Shown here piece after piece: positions 21,701-32,830 of a DNA stretch of 64,000 bases. Below the pieces are notes generated by a model. It was given only the letters and a program-made list of their open reading frames with translations. It had not been told where the DNA came from and did not search any database. The stretch is from Anthoceros angustus. Taxonomy: Eukaryota; Plantae; Anthocerotophyta. The stretch is taken from assembly GCA_010909165.1 (NCBI GenBank), contig VJWM01000192.1:357411-421410 (forward strand), written 5' to 3'. Within the stretch, counting starts at the first letter, position 1. Every line of letters begins with the position of its first letter. The position numbers were made by a program, and so were the translations under genes.

Positions 21701-24700
21701 CAAGGTCATAGAGTTTGTACGCTTTCACATGTTCACTGTACCCCACAAAAAGGAGACGTTGAGCTCGGTCCTCTAACTTCTTGCGTTTTTCTGCAGGAAT
21801 ATAGGCGAAGGCCTTGGATCCAAATACTCGGAGGTGGAGCAAACTAGGATTTCGATGCCAGAAAACCTCATAAGGAGTCTGTCCAGTGACAGAGCTGGTA
21901 AGTATCCTGTTAAGTATATACGTGGCTATAACAATAGCCTCCGCCCAATACTCTTGAGGTAAGTTGGCATGAAGTAGCATACTCCTGGTCATTCCAAGTA
22001 GCGTCTGATTTTTACGTTCAGCAACTCCATTCTGTTGCTGAGTGTATGGAACAATAAGTTGTCTTTGAATGCCCTGTTCTTGAAGGTAATCATCAAAGGC
22101 ATTGTTGACAAATTCTGTCCCATTATCACTGCGTAGGACTTTAAGTAGGCATCCAGATTGTCTTTGTGCAAGTGGGAGCCACTGCTTAAAGTGCATGAGA
22201 GTGTCGCTTTTCAGGTGCATGGGAAAGGTCCAGGAGTACCGACTAAAGTCGTCCGTGAGGGTTAGATAGTACACTGCTCCACCTAGAGATGGCTCGTGGA
22301 TCTTTCCAGAGATATCAGCATGCACAAGTGCAAGGATCTTGCTCTATGTGCGCTTTGGGGAATGGTAGCTCCGCTTGGCAAGGATGCACGACTCACGATG
22401 GGAAGATCCTAAAACAAGCGGTAGGGGTTCTCTGTGGCAACCTATGCGTGACATGTCAATAAGTTTATGCACATTAGCGTGTCCTAGCGTGCCACAGAGA
22501 TGCTAAGCGGGTTGACTTCACATTGACAGGAAACGAAGAATGACTTACAGGATGAGGAGAACACCTCAATTCTAACCTGTACAAGTCATGGTCGAGGATA
22601 CCTCTAAATGCACATGCGCCAAAGGAATTCTTCACAGCAGCAGCATCATCGACACGTATCTCATACGCTCGTCGCATGATCTTGCTCATTGAGAAGATTC
22701 TTGGCCATTTCGTGTACAAATAGAACTCCATCGATCTTCAAAGTTGTGTTGTTGTCGAGAATGCAGGTACATTGCCCATGTCCTTCAACTTTAAGGCTAG
22801 TGTCACTCCTTTCATCACCAAGCGGACTTTATCCTTCATTCGCACATTGTTAAACTAGAAAATAAATTCTTGTTGTTGCGAGATATGAGCGGTGGCTCCC
22901 GAGTCCAAGAACCAATCATCATGGCGTGTGATGAAGTTGTCATCGATAGTGAGGATCTTCACGTAGCCTTAGAGTTTTCTCCTTTCTCCTTGACAACAAC
23001 ATTCGACGGTCTTGTGGATTGTGGTCGTTGTGGCTCACCACCTTTCTTCTTGCGGCACTCACGTGCCCAATGTCCAATGACACCACACGATTCTGATTTC
23101 TGTCCGCTTGGGCACTCGAGGAAGATGGGGCACCATCGACCCGACCACCAGTGTCCTACCCTTCGATTTCTTAAACCGAGCGGTGAGCACCTTGTCGCTT
23201 TTGTGCATGGGAAAGGTCCGAGTACCGACTAAAGTCGTCGTGAGGGTTAGATAGTACATGCTCCACCTAGAGATGGCTCGTGGATCTTTCCGGAGATATC
23301 AGCATGCACAAGTGCAAGGATCTTGCTCTATGTGCGATTTTGGGGAATGGTAGCTCCTTCTGTTTGGCAAGGATGCACGACTCACAGATGGGAAGATCCC
23401 TAAAACAAGCAGGTAGGGGTTCTCTGTGGCAACCTATGCGTGACATGTCAATAAGTTTATGCCTGTTAGCATGTCCTAGCTGTGCGTGCCACAGAGATGC
23501 TAACTGGGTTGACTTCATATTGACAGAAAACGAAGAATGACTTACAGGATGAGGAGAACACCTCAATTCTAACCTGTACAAGTCATGGTCGAGGATACCT
23601 CTAAATGCACATGCGCCAAAGGAATTCTTCCCGTAGCAGCATCATCGACACGTATCTCATACGCTCGTCGCATGATCTTGCTCATTGACAAGATTCTTGG
23701 CCATTTCGTGTACAAATAGAACTCCAGCGGTCTTCAAAGTTGTGTTGTTGTCGAGAATGCAGGTACATTGCCCATGTCCTTCAACTTTAAGGCTAGTGTC
23801 ACTCCTTTCATCACCAAGCAGGACTTTATCCATCATTCGGCACATTGTTAAACTAGAAAATAAATTCTTGTTGTTGCAGATATGAGCAGTGGCTCCTGAG
23901 TCCAGGAACCAATCGTCACTGGCGTGTGATGAAGTTGTCATACAGATAGTGAGGATCTTCACTGTAGCCTTAGAGTTTTCTCCTTTCTCCTTGACAACAA
24001 CATTCGCTGACGGTCTTGTGGATTGTGGTCGTTGTGGCTCACCACCTTTCTTCTTGCGGCACTCACGTGCCCAATGTCCAGCGGCACCACACCAGTTACA
24101 GTTTCCTGTCCGCTTGGGCACTAATGAGGAAGATGGGGCACCATCGACCCGACCACCAGGTGTCCTACCCTTCGATTTCTTAAACCGAGCGGTGAGCACC
24201 TTGTCAGTTTTGTTTCTAGATCCACCAGTGGCAAATAGGCGTCCTTGCTCTTCCTGAAAAAGGGCACCAATAACTTCTTCAAGCTTAATGGTGACAGGTT
24301 ACCAGCAGAGGATGCCTGGTGAGCAATTCGGATGGGTCCATTTTGTGTGGAAATAAAGTTTTGGTAGGAGGAGGGGAGGCTGCTCAACAGTTGAGCAACA
24401 GCCTCTACCTCGTCCATCTTGCAGCCAAGGGCAACTATTTGAGCTCTCGATGGCGGAACTTGGTGACATGAGATGCCACTTTGTCTCCCTCCCTCATGCG
24501 CAGCCCATAGAATTCTGCTGGCTGCACATAGGGTAAGAATATTATGTACCCCATATGTGGCTGCAAGTTGATTCCAAATCTCCGAAGCACTGGTGAGATA
24601 CTCGACATCAGGTACGAGGTCAGCATCCAGGCCTCCAATAAGTAGAGCAAGTGCTATTGAGTTCAGTTGGTCCCACTTTTGGATGTCATTAACTGACGGG

Positions 24701-26293
24701 GGAGGCGAGGAGTCGGGGTCAGGTTTCTTAAGTGTAGCATCGACCACGCCCACACCTCGCAACCAAAGTGGACTTCATGCGAACTTTCCAGACTTGGTAT
24801 CTTGTTCCATTGAATCGATCCTTTTCTTTGAGTTCAGAGGTAAAGGATGGTCCTGCAAGATTGGGAGACTGTCCCGAGCCAGAAGCCATAGACGAGGTGG
24901 TATTCTGCCCGGATTGTAAGTTGAGACGACCAAGTTGTTGTGTCAGTTGATCTATAGACGCTAGGTACATGCGTAATGTGACCCTCCTTGAGTTATGACT
25001 CGTGGAAGAGAAAACACTAATTACAATGTTACCGTGCTGATTGACTTTCCTTGCAGGACTTCTAATACGTGATTCGCAAGGAGGGAGGTATTGGGTTTAT
25101 GCCAGGATACACATATGAATATATAGCTATCCATCTGCCCTGACACAGACTCAACACTAATCCCTCCTAGCAAAATGAGAGCTAGAGGTCAATAATTGGC
25201 AATGTCATTCGACTGGCAGAATATGATAAGGTAAATCTTGACGCTTAATAAAAAATGCCAGTTGTTAGATTGTCAAAGTGCTCTTGGTGAAGAGGTAGAA
25301 CCTAACTAAACCGTCGCGTATCCAGATTGTGTGAAGAGGCGCGACCGGTAGGTTCTCGATCCTGAGGTCCTGAGATGCGAAAGAGGGTCGACGCTCCAGC
25401 TTGATGACTGCTCGAGTGACATGGAGGATGCCAGGCGATGCTTCATCAAGATTGGTGACGTTCGGCTCTCGCCCAGCGCTGGCCTCCGCCTTCAGGAAAT
25501 GGTCAAGATGCAATCACCGGAGGAGAGATCGATGATTTCTCTCCTCTGGCGCCCAAGCTCAATCTTTTTCATGAGATCAACCACTTCATTGATCTGGTAT
25601 TTGATTGAGCTTGATGTCGCTGTGATTGCTCGTCCTGACAGGTTATCAAGGTGATCGACTGTGGTCTTAATTTCTTCCTGATTTGACAGCACTTCAGATA
25701 AGGATCTCTCGACCCTAGTGACGCTTGCAAGTAATCCCGGCGTCTTGATCACTCTTGTCGCTGGGTGCAGGACAATCACATGGTGGTTCTGGACGGGAGG
25801 AGCCGTGAGGATTTGTTGATCGGCTATGAAACAAATCCGGGTTTTGACCCCTCCTAGCGCATCTTTGTCTGTATAGATTGTCAACCATGTGATTCCTATT
25901 GGGCTGTAGTGGACGTGATCTGCGTCCTGGTCCTGAGTGCCTGTCAGCGAAGTCCTTCAGCCAGATGTAGGGGTCATCCTGTTCATACAGGTCTAGAATA
26001 GCTTCTAGGGGGGCGCCATGTGCTTGTGGAGGAGAGATTCCTCCACGGCGAGTGCGGCAGCCTCTTCTATACCACCTACGCGGGCTTCCGCGACTCAGCA
26101 TCATTCAGGGAAGATAGAATCCAGAGCTGTGCTCTGATACCATGTTTATTTTGCGAGGAGCGAAAAACAGACTTTGTAAAATGATAAAACAAAAAGTGTG
26201 TGTCCAAAAAGTACATATGGCCTCACTATATATGTAACTCAAAAACGGTTCACATGACCAACCCTAACTAGCCGCACCCTTTTATATTTAACA
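18766..26293 (-). mobile_element. Full-length Ty1/Copia LTR retrotransposon (Copia-1)
   Basis: 151-bp LTRs at 26143-26293 and 18766-18916 (TG..CA, 1 mismatch). PBS TGGTATCAGAGC at 26142-26131, PPT AGAGGGAG next to the 3' LTR. Gag (UBN2-like, CCHC CNWCGAAGHWAREC), protease WFLDSGA, integrase (21378-22325), RT ([16 protein letters not shown]) and RNase H (HARTKHIEIQHHYIRD) are in Copia order. No clean TSD. Confidence 0.96.
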
Positions 26294-26945
26294 CGCGTCT
26301 GGTGGCGCCGGCATACAGCGAGCATCGGCGCATGAGCCAAGATGTGGGTGGGGCGGCCAAGAAAGCGACATCGGGGAATTCAGCAAAAGCCAGCACCACA
26401 CAGGGAGGAGGATCAGGCCCTGAAAGACAAGGAGGCTTGAAGGGGAAGAAGAAAACGCAACCTGATCCTGTGCCTTCGCCATACAACCTGGAAGAAACTA
26501 TGCTTCTCAGGCGGCTGACTAACTCACTTGATGCAATGAATTGTCTGTAGGGAAGGAGTGGATTTTGCAACAGGAAGCAAAGCCGTTGGATGATGCGGCC
26601 CTATGGACACCGCTTCTGAAGCTGTGGGTTACAGGGTTTGGACCAGCTAAGCCAAATCAACGAGCAAGAGTTAGCTGGGTTGTATGGGCAAGTCTGGATA
26701 TGTCGCAGCAAGAACCTGAATTCGAGATGCTGCTTCCAACCAAGCCACACCAACTGGATGAAATTCGCCCAGTGCCAGAGGAGTTCAAGGTTATCACTGT
26801 AGGCCTTAGGATGTTCAAGCTGAAGAAGTGTTCCCCTCATGTGCTGACAACTGCCTTCCGAGAGGCCAAACAAAATCAAATCGTATGAACGGGTTGGCTG
26901 ACATTGTGTTGTGATTCGGAACTTTGGTTTTCATTTCGCTCTACA

Positions 26946-27400
26946 TTAACTACCAAGAACGTGCATGTAGCTGTGGGCAAGGGAGTCTCGGGCCAACTTA
27001 AGGAAAGCCTGCAAAGGGAAGGCCCCCTCCTCAATGTCCGAGACGAAGGCCTCCAAGATGGGAACATCCCATATTAAGAAATGAGCGGTGAAGACGGGGG
27101 TAGAGAGGGCCCAGCTCCCAAGGAAGGCCGCCGGCATCGAGGCCTCCATGGCCAGCAGACCTATGCCCCCAAAAGCGATAGCAAGGGACGCTTGCCGCTG
27201 CGCAAAGCCCCCTGCGGCACAGTCAAAGGTCCCTAGCCCGATAATGTCTCCAAGTGCATGCATAATTTGTAGATCAAAATTCCGTAGGCTTAATAAAAAA
27301 GCTGGGGAGGGAGCCATCGTCCTAGTGAGATAACTCGGCCGAAAATTAGGACAAAAAGATGCCAAATGCCACCTGAGGGTCCTCTAATAGAGGTAGGTCG
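26946..27400 (-). mobile_element. Fragment of a non-LTR retrotransposon, post-RT region (CRE/RLE-type-like)
   Basis: QRQASLAIAFGGIGL..PAAFLGSWA resembles the QASLP..GGLG..AAFLxS segment C-terminal to RT in RLE-bearing LINEs. Confidence 0.5.
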
Positions 27401-27442
27401 CCGACGTGGGCCATAGATGTGAACCCTTGTTTCAGTCCTAAA

Positions 27443-27568
27443 GCTTTGCACTAAGGGGCCAACTGTATTTGCTCATTCCGGAAAGTAGACTGGAAAATGA
27501 TTTGGGCTTTGCACTAAGGGGCCAACTGTATTTGCTCATTCCGGAAAGTAGACTGGAAAATGATTTGG
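27443..27568 (+). repeat. 63-bp perfect tandem duplication
   Basis: GCTTTGCACTAAGGGGCC...GATTTGG occurs at 27443 and 27506. Confidence 0.92.
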
Positions 27569-27862
27569 TCTTCGGCAGTCATTCGGTGGACATATATTAA
27601 GAATGCGGAAGTTTAGATGGATGCTCGAAGAGGTTTTATGACTGCCATGATTGCAGGAGCGTCGGAAAGTAGTCATCCCTCAGAGCTGATTGTTGGGCCT
27701 GGTAACAAGCTGTCCAATGACAAGGCAATGTTCTCGCACTGGGAAGAAGATCTGGAATCACCTCGAAGCACTAACAACTGGATAAAAAGATATGGAGAAC
27801 CTGTAGGACATATTTGATGTCAGTTGTAACGACAGTGCCATAAGGGTCATCTAAGCACTAAT

Positions 27863-28118
27863 CCACTAATGGGAGTTTCAATAAACTCATAACTCCACTA
27901 ATGGGAGTTCCAACGAACTCATGACTCCACTAATGGGAGTTCCAATAAACTCATGACTCCACTAATGGGAGTTCCAATAAACTCATGACTCCACTAATGG
28001 GAGTTCCAATAAACTCATGACTCCACTAATGGGAGTTCCAATAAACTCATAACTCCACTAATGGGAGTTCCAATAAACTCATAACTCCACTAATGGGCGT
28101 TCCAAAAAACTCATGACT
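27863..28118 (+). repeat. 32-bp minisatellite, 8 copies
   Basis: CCACTAATGGGAGTTCCAATAAACTCAT(G/A)ACT repeated head-to-tail at 27863, 27895 ... 28087, with no spacers. Confidence 0.95.
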
Positions 28119-28153
28119 AAATGTCACTAGGGAGATCCAATGGACTTATGACA

Positions 28154-28183
28154 GAATCGCACTCCTTCCAAGGAGTGCGATTC
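28154..28183. other. Perfect 14-bp-stem hairpin
   Basis: GAATCGCACTCCTT-cc-AAGGAGTGCGATTC. Confidence 0.9.
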
Positions 28184-28994
28184 ATCTCTTGTTTATTTAT
28201 TATAGATAAGTCATAAACCATGACAAATCTGTGCGCATGAACTAAAACTCATAAAAGATGTATATGCCTGTTAAGAGGGAAACGTCCCAAATAACCCAGG
28301 TACATGAGCCAAAAACTCATGGGAAAAAGATGAGCGAAAAACTGCAGAGAGGTTTCCGGCAAGCGAAAGCCTCACATTGCAGCTTGCGCCGCCATGCTAA
28401 ATGCTGGCGATTCTAACCATAAAGATTTGAGTGATTCTGAATTCCCTTGGTCGACTAGAATACCGCAGGCACCCAACTTACCTTAACCTACCCCCTGGCT
28501 TATTCCGGGAAACTCAGGGCAAGCGATTCTCACTCCAAATAATTTCACTTTCCCTACAGTTCCAGGATAGCTCAACAAAAAGGAAATGCCCCACCGAAAC
28601 CCCCTCAAGTAAAAGGACGCCAAAACCCATTATTCTAAAGACAACCGCCATGTATGTCATGGCCTCGAAATCACAGGTGTCCCAGATGTTCCAGCTCCCA
28701 TTCCACATCCAGATTCATCTGCCACAAAAAAACACTCAAACTAGGTCAGCCGCTTGTTAGCGGCCAACAGGACCAGCAAGCACGATGGTCTATAGCCCAG
28801 CAAGGAACAACTTTACCGAAAGCACGTCAACGACCACTGACCACCAGGCTATTTGGCCAGATAAAGAGAGCCAAGATCCAAGGCGCAGCCCTGCACAAGG
28901 CACCACATACTCTAACAATGGAACCAACAGCACCAAATGTAACTCAGGCTGACTTTAGAAAAATGTTGAATTGAGCTTGAGGGCAGAGTGGTAC

Positions 28995-31857
28995 TTAGTC
29001 GTCAAGATAGTAATAAGATCCAGCAGACTTCTGCTCTCTGTCTTTTGTAGACTCGGCCTTGTTTATTCGGGGTCTGTAATTGGTTGGGTCTCGCCGGAAA
29101 GTAATATCCAAATGCTGCGAAACAGACAAACTCTGGTGTGACTAAATACTTCTCAAGCTAAAAGCATTCAGTGCCATTGCATCAAGCCACCTCCTTACAG
29201 ATAGGAAAAGGTTCATTCCAGTCAGGAGACTTTGGGGTGTATTTGCAATACAGTCAACTGATGGCTGCCCTTCATACACAATAACCCTGTCTGCCAGATA
29301 AGTTGCCATGATGAAATCATGCTCAACGACAAAGGCAGTTTTCTTTGCATGTAAAATAAATCGCTTGATGACTTTAGCTGCCACGATACGCTGCTCAGAA
29401 TCCAGATAGGCACTTGGCTCATCTATCAAATAGATATCAGCAGGCTGTACACCAACAAACCCCAAGCTGTCAGCTTACAGTGCATATCCAGCTTTGATTG
29501 CATGCAGCAGAATCAAATGCATGGCTGATAGTCTTACCTTGCCCAGACATAGGCACAATGCCACCCGCTGAAGCTCACCACCGGATAGATTTGCAACTTG
29601 CTGGTCCATCAAAGCTTCTATTTGCAGTGGCTTCATGACATCAGTGTTGAACTGTGGATGCATGTAAGAATCCCTAATCTTCTGGTGCAGTAAATGCCGA
29701 ACAGTTGAGCCGAACTTTGGACTAATCTTCTGAGGCTTATATGATACATTGAATTCAGGCACTTCAATCTCTGTGTCATCCTTCATGTCAGGCTTCAAGA
29801 GCCCAGCCTGCAAATCAATATTCCAGGTCATGTCCAACTAAGACCTATAGGCACAAGCAACAAACACAAACCCCTCCAAAACAGCAAGTTGACTAACCAG
29901 CATTCGAATAAAGGTGGTTTTTCCTGTCCCGTTTTCACCCAACATCACAATGATCTGTGAATCCGTAAATTCTCCCTCCTTCACGGCCAGCTTGAAGGCA
30001 CCTTGTGTCTTTGTCATATTTGGATATCTGTATCGTGCATATGTCCTTATTTCCTCAGCACTTTCTTGAGGGGTCTCCGCCACCTTCAAAGAGCATTCAT
30101 TTCCAAGTGGAAGCCGTGAGCGACATGTATCATACCAGAGTTAACTATGAAGAAGGAAATCCACGACAAAATATCTCATATTCCTGCCATCCCTAAAGAG
30201 AAACGAGCTACAAATGCAATACAGAATTCATAACGAGCTGAGAGCATACCCTGAATGTCAATGACTCGTCCCTGAACCTCAAGTTCTCAGTGGGCACAAA
30301 ACCAGCCAGAAAGATATTTATTCCTTCTCGAACTGAAAATGGAAGGGTCACAACCCCATATGCCCCAGGCTTTCCATAGAGACAGCATATAAAATCCGAC
30401 AGGTAGTCAAGAACACTCAAGTCGTGCTCCACAACAATCACGTAACTACAATAAGAAAACCGAAGAGATAAGAACGTCTTGCACCTTCATATGTCATCAG
30501 CCCCAGAAGCCAAAACAATCGACATGCATTGTTATAGAAGAACTCACCTGTTTGGTCGGAGAAGAGAACGTACCACTTGGGCAGCTTTCAACCTTTGCTT
30601 AACATCAAGATAACTTGATGGCTCATCAAACATATAAATCTCAGCAAGCTGGACAGCCACAACTGCAATGGCAAAACGCTGCAGCTCCCCTCCAGAGAGA
30701 TCCCCAACGTCACGATCCAGCACCTGGTTCAGGTCAAGGTCCTTGCACAGAGCTTCCCTCAGATCCCTCTCATCCTTCTGAGACAACACCTCTTTGACAT
30801 TGCCCTTCACAGCTTTAGGAATGTGATCCACATACTGAGGCTTTATGATTGCCTGCAAGAGCAAACCTCATTCAGCTCCCAACCTTTTGCTGATCTAACA
30901 GCTACTTAGAACTCAGACAACATCCACAATTCTGATGCAGACCTTCAGATTATCCTCAAGAATGCGGGTGAAGTAGTTCTGAAGTTCAGAACCTCTGAAA
31001 TAGGTTAGAATCTCTTGCCAGTCTGGTGGATTCTGAGGCCAATGAGCCAATGCCGCAAATCAGAAAGCAATCACATTAAGGGATCCAGCACACTACGCCA
31101 TAAAAGTGCAGAGCTCGGTGCTCACATCAAAGGAATCGGAGAATGCATGGGCACTTACATCAAATCTCCCAAGGTTGGGCTTCAGCTTTCCCGCAAGCAC
31201 TTTAAGAGCTGTGGACTTGCCAATACCATTGGTCCCTACCAGACCTAGGACTTGTCCAGGCCTTGGCACAGGCAACCTGTAAACTGCTGCATGAGTCGAG
31301 ATTCTATTCATAACCAAGAACAACACACGACAACGGAGTGATAACAACCTATGTAACTTGAACGTGTTTGGGCCATATCGATGAGTTGTGTCCTTATCCA
31401 GGTCTTTAGGCAAATTAATAATGGCAATCGCCTCAAAAGGACATTTCTACATCACCAGGATTGACGTGTTATTTACATCTGCGCACACGATAGGTCCGCA
31501 GGTTCCGCCCAAGGTTTGTGACGAGAGCTGAAGTTTGGGTAAAGAGTAAAAAGCCTACCTTGACACATATACCGCAACCAATACAGAGCTCCTCGGAGAT
31601 GAAGGCGATTTTGGAGGCCGCTGACACCTCGATGCACAACTTGCCTGCACCACGATCGAGAGGCTGCAGGTCAAATTCACCTGGAGAAGAGAAAAGATGC
31701 GCAGACATGCGTCCAGTCCACACGAATTGGTAGAGGCGAATTGAAATCACAAACCCGTTTTAACGACGGGACAACTCTTCTTGCATTCCTGCCGACACTT
31801 CTTGGGCTTGCATCTATCCGCCTGCACAATAGCAATCCTTGTCAACCTGTCCGCCAT
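28995..31857 (-). CDS. ABCE1: ABC transporter E family member (RNase L inhibitor, ribosome recycling factor), multi-exon
   Basis: Starts [26 protein letters not shown], with the Fe-S motif CIGCGICVK. Walker A motifs GTNGIGKS and GENGTGKT, two LSGGELQR signatures, and C-terminus [12 protein letters not shown] introns. Confidence 0.97.
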
Positions 31858-31936
31858 CTCGAAGCGATCGGTGGACGCCTTCACCCCAATTACTAAGCAG
31901 ACTTCAGGGGGCTCTTGAATCTAGCTATCCAAGGTT

Positions 31937-31944
31937 TAGGGTTT
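31937..31944 (-). promoter_or_regulatory. Telo-box (AAACCCTA) with adjacent GGCCC site-II-like motif upstream of ABCE1
   Basis: The minus strand reads GAGGCCCGGGCTAAACCCTAAACC about 80 nt upstream of the ATG. Telo-box plus site II is an established signature of plant translation-machinery genes. Confidence 0.6.
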
Positions 31945-32488
31945 AGCCCGGGCCTCAGGCTGCGAGAGTAGTTCACATCAACCGCTGAAGCTTCAAAAAG
32001 ATTTTGCTCTATCGACAGGCGGTTGGGTATGGTGTACCAAATTCCATTCCGTTTTACAGTGAACTTGTATTTATATTTGTATTCCATTTTATTTTCGGTG
32101 AACCACATGGGACACCGAAAATATTTTTCGGTTTTGTGTCCTGTTCTTACCGGATACCTAATCTTTCTTGTCCCTAGAGCTTGAGGGTCTATTTCATGTA
32201 ACCCTCTATTCCACCTTTCTTCAAAAGACTGCTCAGTCCAACCACCCCACCTCCACTCCCCTGTATTTCTTGCTTGCCTTTCAGTCCTCCTGGAAGTTAG
32301 CCTCTTTAGGTTGCAAGACTTGCTGGTATGCCCAGTCTTCAGCTTAGCTCGAGAGGCTTGGCTTCGGTTCCAAAAGTCTCCGAGCCCAGCCCCTCTTCCA
32401 ATTTTTACGTCCTCCTCCCTATAGGTCCATTCGCAATGAATTGTAATCCACCTATCTCTCATACACCAGATCTCTTGTCTCTGGATCC

Positions 32489-32830
32489 TTGCCCACTAAA
32501 CTCCAAACTTACAAACAATTTTTCCATATCCTCTTCAAATCTGGGAGACCCTTGCTTCCACTTTATCTTTGCAACCATGTGATCTTCAACCTTAGCATGA
32601 TTATGGGTCATTTTCGTGTGGGGTCTCACCATCTCAGAATAGAGATAGATAGATGGCTTTATCCAAGGCCACTTAAGGAGACGAGAATATGTCGGTTATG
32701 CAACAGGGAAGTTGAGATGGAGAAACACTTTGTTTCTTCTTCCCCGTCTATGAAGATATCAAGAATGCTTTGCAAATTTATTCACAGCAGCTCGGTCTTT
32801 GCTCCAAAGTTTTTTCTCTTTTCCTTACCC
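32489..32830 (+). mobile_element. LINE ORF2 3'-end fragment
   Basis: FRVGSHHLRIEIDRW..RICRLCNREVEMEKHF matches the C-terminal zinc-finger-like tail of LINE ORF2 proteins. Confidence 0.65.

Noticed and set aside
27863-28118. 32-bp repeat array as a CRISPR array
   Set aside because: The units are contiguous with no unique spacers, no cas genes are nearby, and the context is eukaryotic.
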